DNA from: Lama guanicoe
Lineage: Eukaryota
Assembly: GCA_013239625.1 (NCBI GenBank)
Contig: MU054001.1
Location: 1,990,151-2,054,150, forward strand
Direction: 5' to 3'
Length of the DNA stretch: 64,000 nucleotides
This document shows, piece after piece, positions 61,487 to 64,000 of this stretch (positions are counted from its first letter, which is position 1; every line of letters begins with the position of its first letter). The notes under the pieces are model-generated. The model saw nothing but the letters and a program-made list of their open reading frames with translations, was not told the DNA's origin and did no database searches. Position numbers and translations under genes: made by a program.

Positions 61487-62009
61487 CAGAGAGGGTCAGG
61501 TAACAGTTGCTAACCATGGTGTGTGTGTGGTACTGCCCCCTTAAGGAGAGTTTGGAAGTGCGTCTGGTTGTCACTATGATTGGGTGGTGGATGGGTGAGG
61601 GGGGAGGTCCCCATTAGCATTTAGTGGACAGGATCCAAGGATGCTGAGCGTGCAGGAAACAGTTCAGCACAAAGCGTTTTCCAAATGGTCATCTGCTCCC
61701 CCTTTAAGAAGCCCAGTGTAGCTTCTTTGTAGCTGGCGATGTTATGTAAGCTATGTAACTGTTCTGAACATCAGTTTACCTCATCTGCAGAATGGAAATA
61801 TAAACGTTCATCTTGATTACCTCATAGAATTGTGGGCTTCAAATGTGTAACTTATGTTAATGCACTTGTAACAAGTTGTAATGCATTATATGACTTAGCA
61901 ACCTTCCTTGATCCATAGTATGGTTTCATCTATAAGTCTGGTCTCATTGGCCACGGAAGCTGTAACCAGCTGAGGCCTGAGTCACACAGGTAGAATTCAC
62001 ACCTGTTTC

Positions 62010-62850
62010 CACCTGAGTCTTCAGTATCTCAGTCACTAGCTCTACTCTCCTTCCTGTTGCTCAAGCCCATAACCCTCTTTGATCCTCCCCCAAGTCCGAT
62101 CTCTCAGCATTCATTCTATTTATTCTACACTAAAAACTTAAATCCATTTCTTCATTTCATCTTTCCCACTTCCACCCCAGGCCAGCCATGGCCTGTGACC
62201 TCCTGAGTGAAGCCCTGAGGGTTACAAGGCTAATGAATTATGCCCCTCGAGGGCATCCTTCTACACAGCAGCTAGAGTGACCTTTCAGAGATGCACGTTG
62301 GATTGTGTCACGTCCCAGCTTAAATTCTTCCATTGACTTCCCACTTCCTGTGGAATTAAAACCACTCCTTCCATTGGCTTACAGGGCCTTGCATGCTCTG
62401 GTCTCTTTTGATACCTTTTTGGATTTATCAAATGGCGTAGTCTCCACACTCACTCCAGTGCCTGGATGTTCTTATTCCTGAACTGCCGAACTCTTTCCTG
62501 CCTCAGCGATTTCACCCTTGCTGTTCCCTCTTTCCAGAACACTTTTTTCCAGGTCTTTGACCTCTTCAAGTCTCAGTCCAGATGTCACTCCTCAGAGAGC
62601 TCCTGCTGGCCTCCCGCCACTTCCCCATGTAGACTGGTCCTCCTAGGCATTATTTATCCTATTATCCTGTTTAATCTCTTTTATAATGCTCCGAAGGGAT
62701 CCCATTTGTTTTGATCCACTTGTTAGTTTAGTCTATTAGTATGTTTTTGCTGTGAAACCAGGCGCTCTCTCTGACTTGTCCCTGCTGTGTTCCCAGAATC
62801 TAGAACACTGCGTAGCACACAGCGAGGGCTCAGAGAATGTTTGCCGAAGA
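62010..62850 (+). mobile_element. L2 fragment
   Basis: ctacacagcagctagagtgacctttc...gctgttccctctttccagaacac...tgtgttcccagaatctagaacac. Confidence 0.8.
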
Positions 62851-62859
62851 ACAAAAGGG

Positions 62860-63240
62860 TGGTTCTGACTCAGCGTTTCTCGTGGGGTTGCAGTTGAGCT
62901 GTTGGTTGGGTTCAGTAATTTGAAGGCTTGACTAGGGCTGGAGGATGCTTCCAGAGCGGCTCACCTACGTGGCAGGAGGCTTGTGTTCCTTGTCATATGG
63001 ACTCTGTAGAGTTGCTCTTGACACTGAAGCAACTTCACCCAGAACAAGCAATCAGAGAGAGAGCAAGGGGGCGGCTGTGAAGACTCTTATGACCTTATCA
63101 CCCATTGTCACCTTTGCAATATTCTGTTTGTTGGAAGAGAGTCACCAAGCCCAGCGTGCACTCAAATGGAAGGTAATCAGAGGCTACCTTTTTGGAGGGA
63201 GGTGTGTTGCAGAATTGGTGGACATATTTTAAAACCACCA
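62860..63240 (-). mobile_element. MaLR MLT1 LTR fragment
   Basis: gaaggcttgactagggctggaggatgcttcca...ttgcaatattctgtttgttggaagagagtcac...gacatattttaaaaccacca. Confidence 0.75.
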
Positions 63241-64000
63241 CCCTCAGGCCATCATTTGCTAAGCCTGGTACTCTTTCGCTGAGCCTGTATCCTCTCCACC
63301 AGACTTCATCTAACCTTCTAAAGTATGTCACTGGCACCATGGGACCAAGAAGTGAAAATATGGGTGGTTAATCACAGCTAGCCCCCCACCTTCTGAACCA
63401 AAAGAGACCCAGCCTCGTGATGTGTGGCCAGGAGCCTCCTCTTTGTTTGTAAAGGTGGTTCTGGGAAACACTCACAGGCTTGACTTTTCTTCTTTCCTCT
63501 TCAGACTGACTTCACATCTTTCAACATCGGTATTTGGTGGTGGGTGGCACAGATACGAGCTTGGCCCTTAAGCTACAAAAAATGAGGCCCCAGTGATAAC
63601 AACTGGAGATAGAAAATCCAAAGCCAAGAGAAACTTGTCTCTGAGAATCCTAGTTAATTGAAGTAATTAAATCAGCAGGAAGCCATCTGAACAATTATCA
63701 CTCTACAAGGAAAAACTCATTTTAAGGTCTTAGAATAAACCTTCTAATAAATAGCTATTAGTTTGTATTTGTAAATACTAGCAGCTTATCAGGAGATTTG
63801 CTAATAGATTTTTAATTAAGGGGAACCGCACATTTATAGCAGTACTGCCTTGAGTTCAACATCCTTTTCCAGGTTTCGACATGGAGGCCTGGACTCACTT
63901 TGAGAAACTGAGAAGTGGGCTTGATCACTCTTGGCCAAAGTTGCTGACAGTTGTGTTTTTTTTGGATCATGCATTCGAATGTTCCATTAGGAGTAGTTCA

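Overview
Mammalian, repeat-dense DNA with no intact host protein-coding exon that I can support. The recurrent tRNA-derived SINE resembles the camelid Vic-1 family, so a camel or alpaca origin is likely (inference). Most of the window is L1, L2, MIR, MaLR/ERVL LTRs and DNA-transposon fossils, with repeat-free, homeobox-motif-rich blocks between them that look like conserved enhancers. The standout is a deleted gamma-like (ERV1) provirus at 40472-44023. It carries an intronless, circularly permuted copy of SLC18B1 coding sequence (42610-43574) between gag-CA and pro: downstream coding sequence comes first and joins back to near the N-terminus at 42931/42932, and the copy ends where it began. 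This is the signature of a back-spliced circular RNA reverse-transcribed once around and captured inside a retrovirus, apparently through a 10-nt microhomology. Also present are an L1-retroposed polyadenylated ERV transcript with TSDs (8057-8798), a probable short L1 3' transduction, a collapsed two-LTR ERVL, and a strong CTCF motif. Family names of old repeats and SLC18B1 exon numbers come from recall, not a search, and boundaries of old repeats are approximate.
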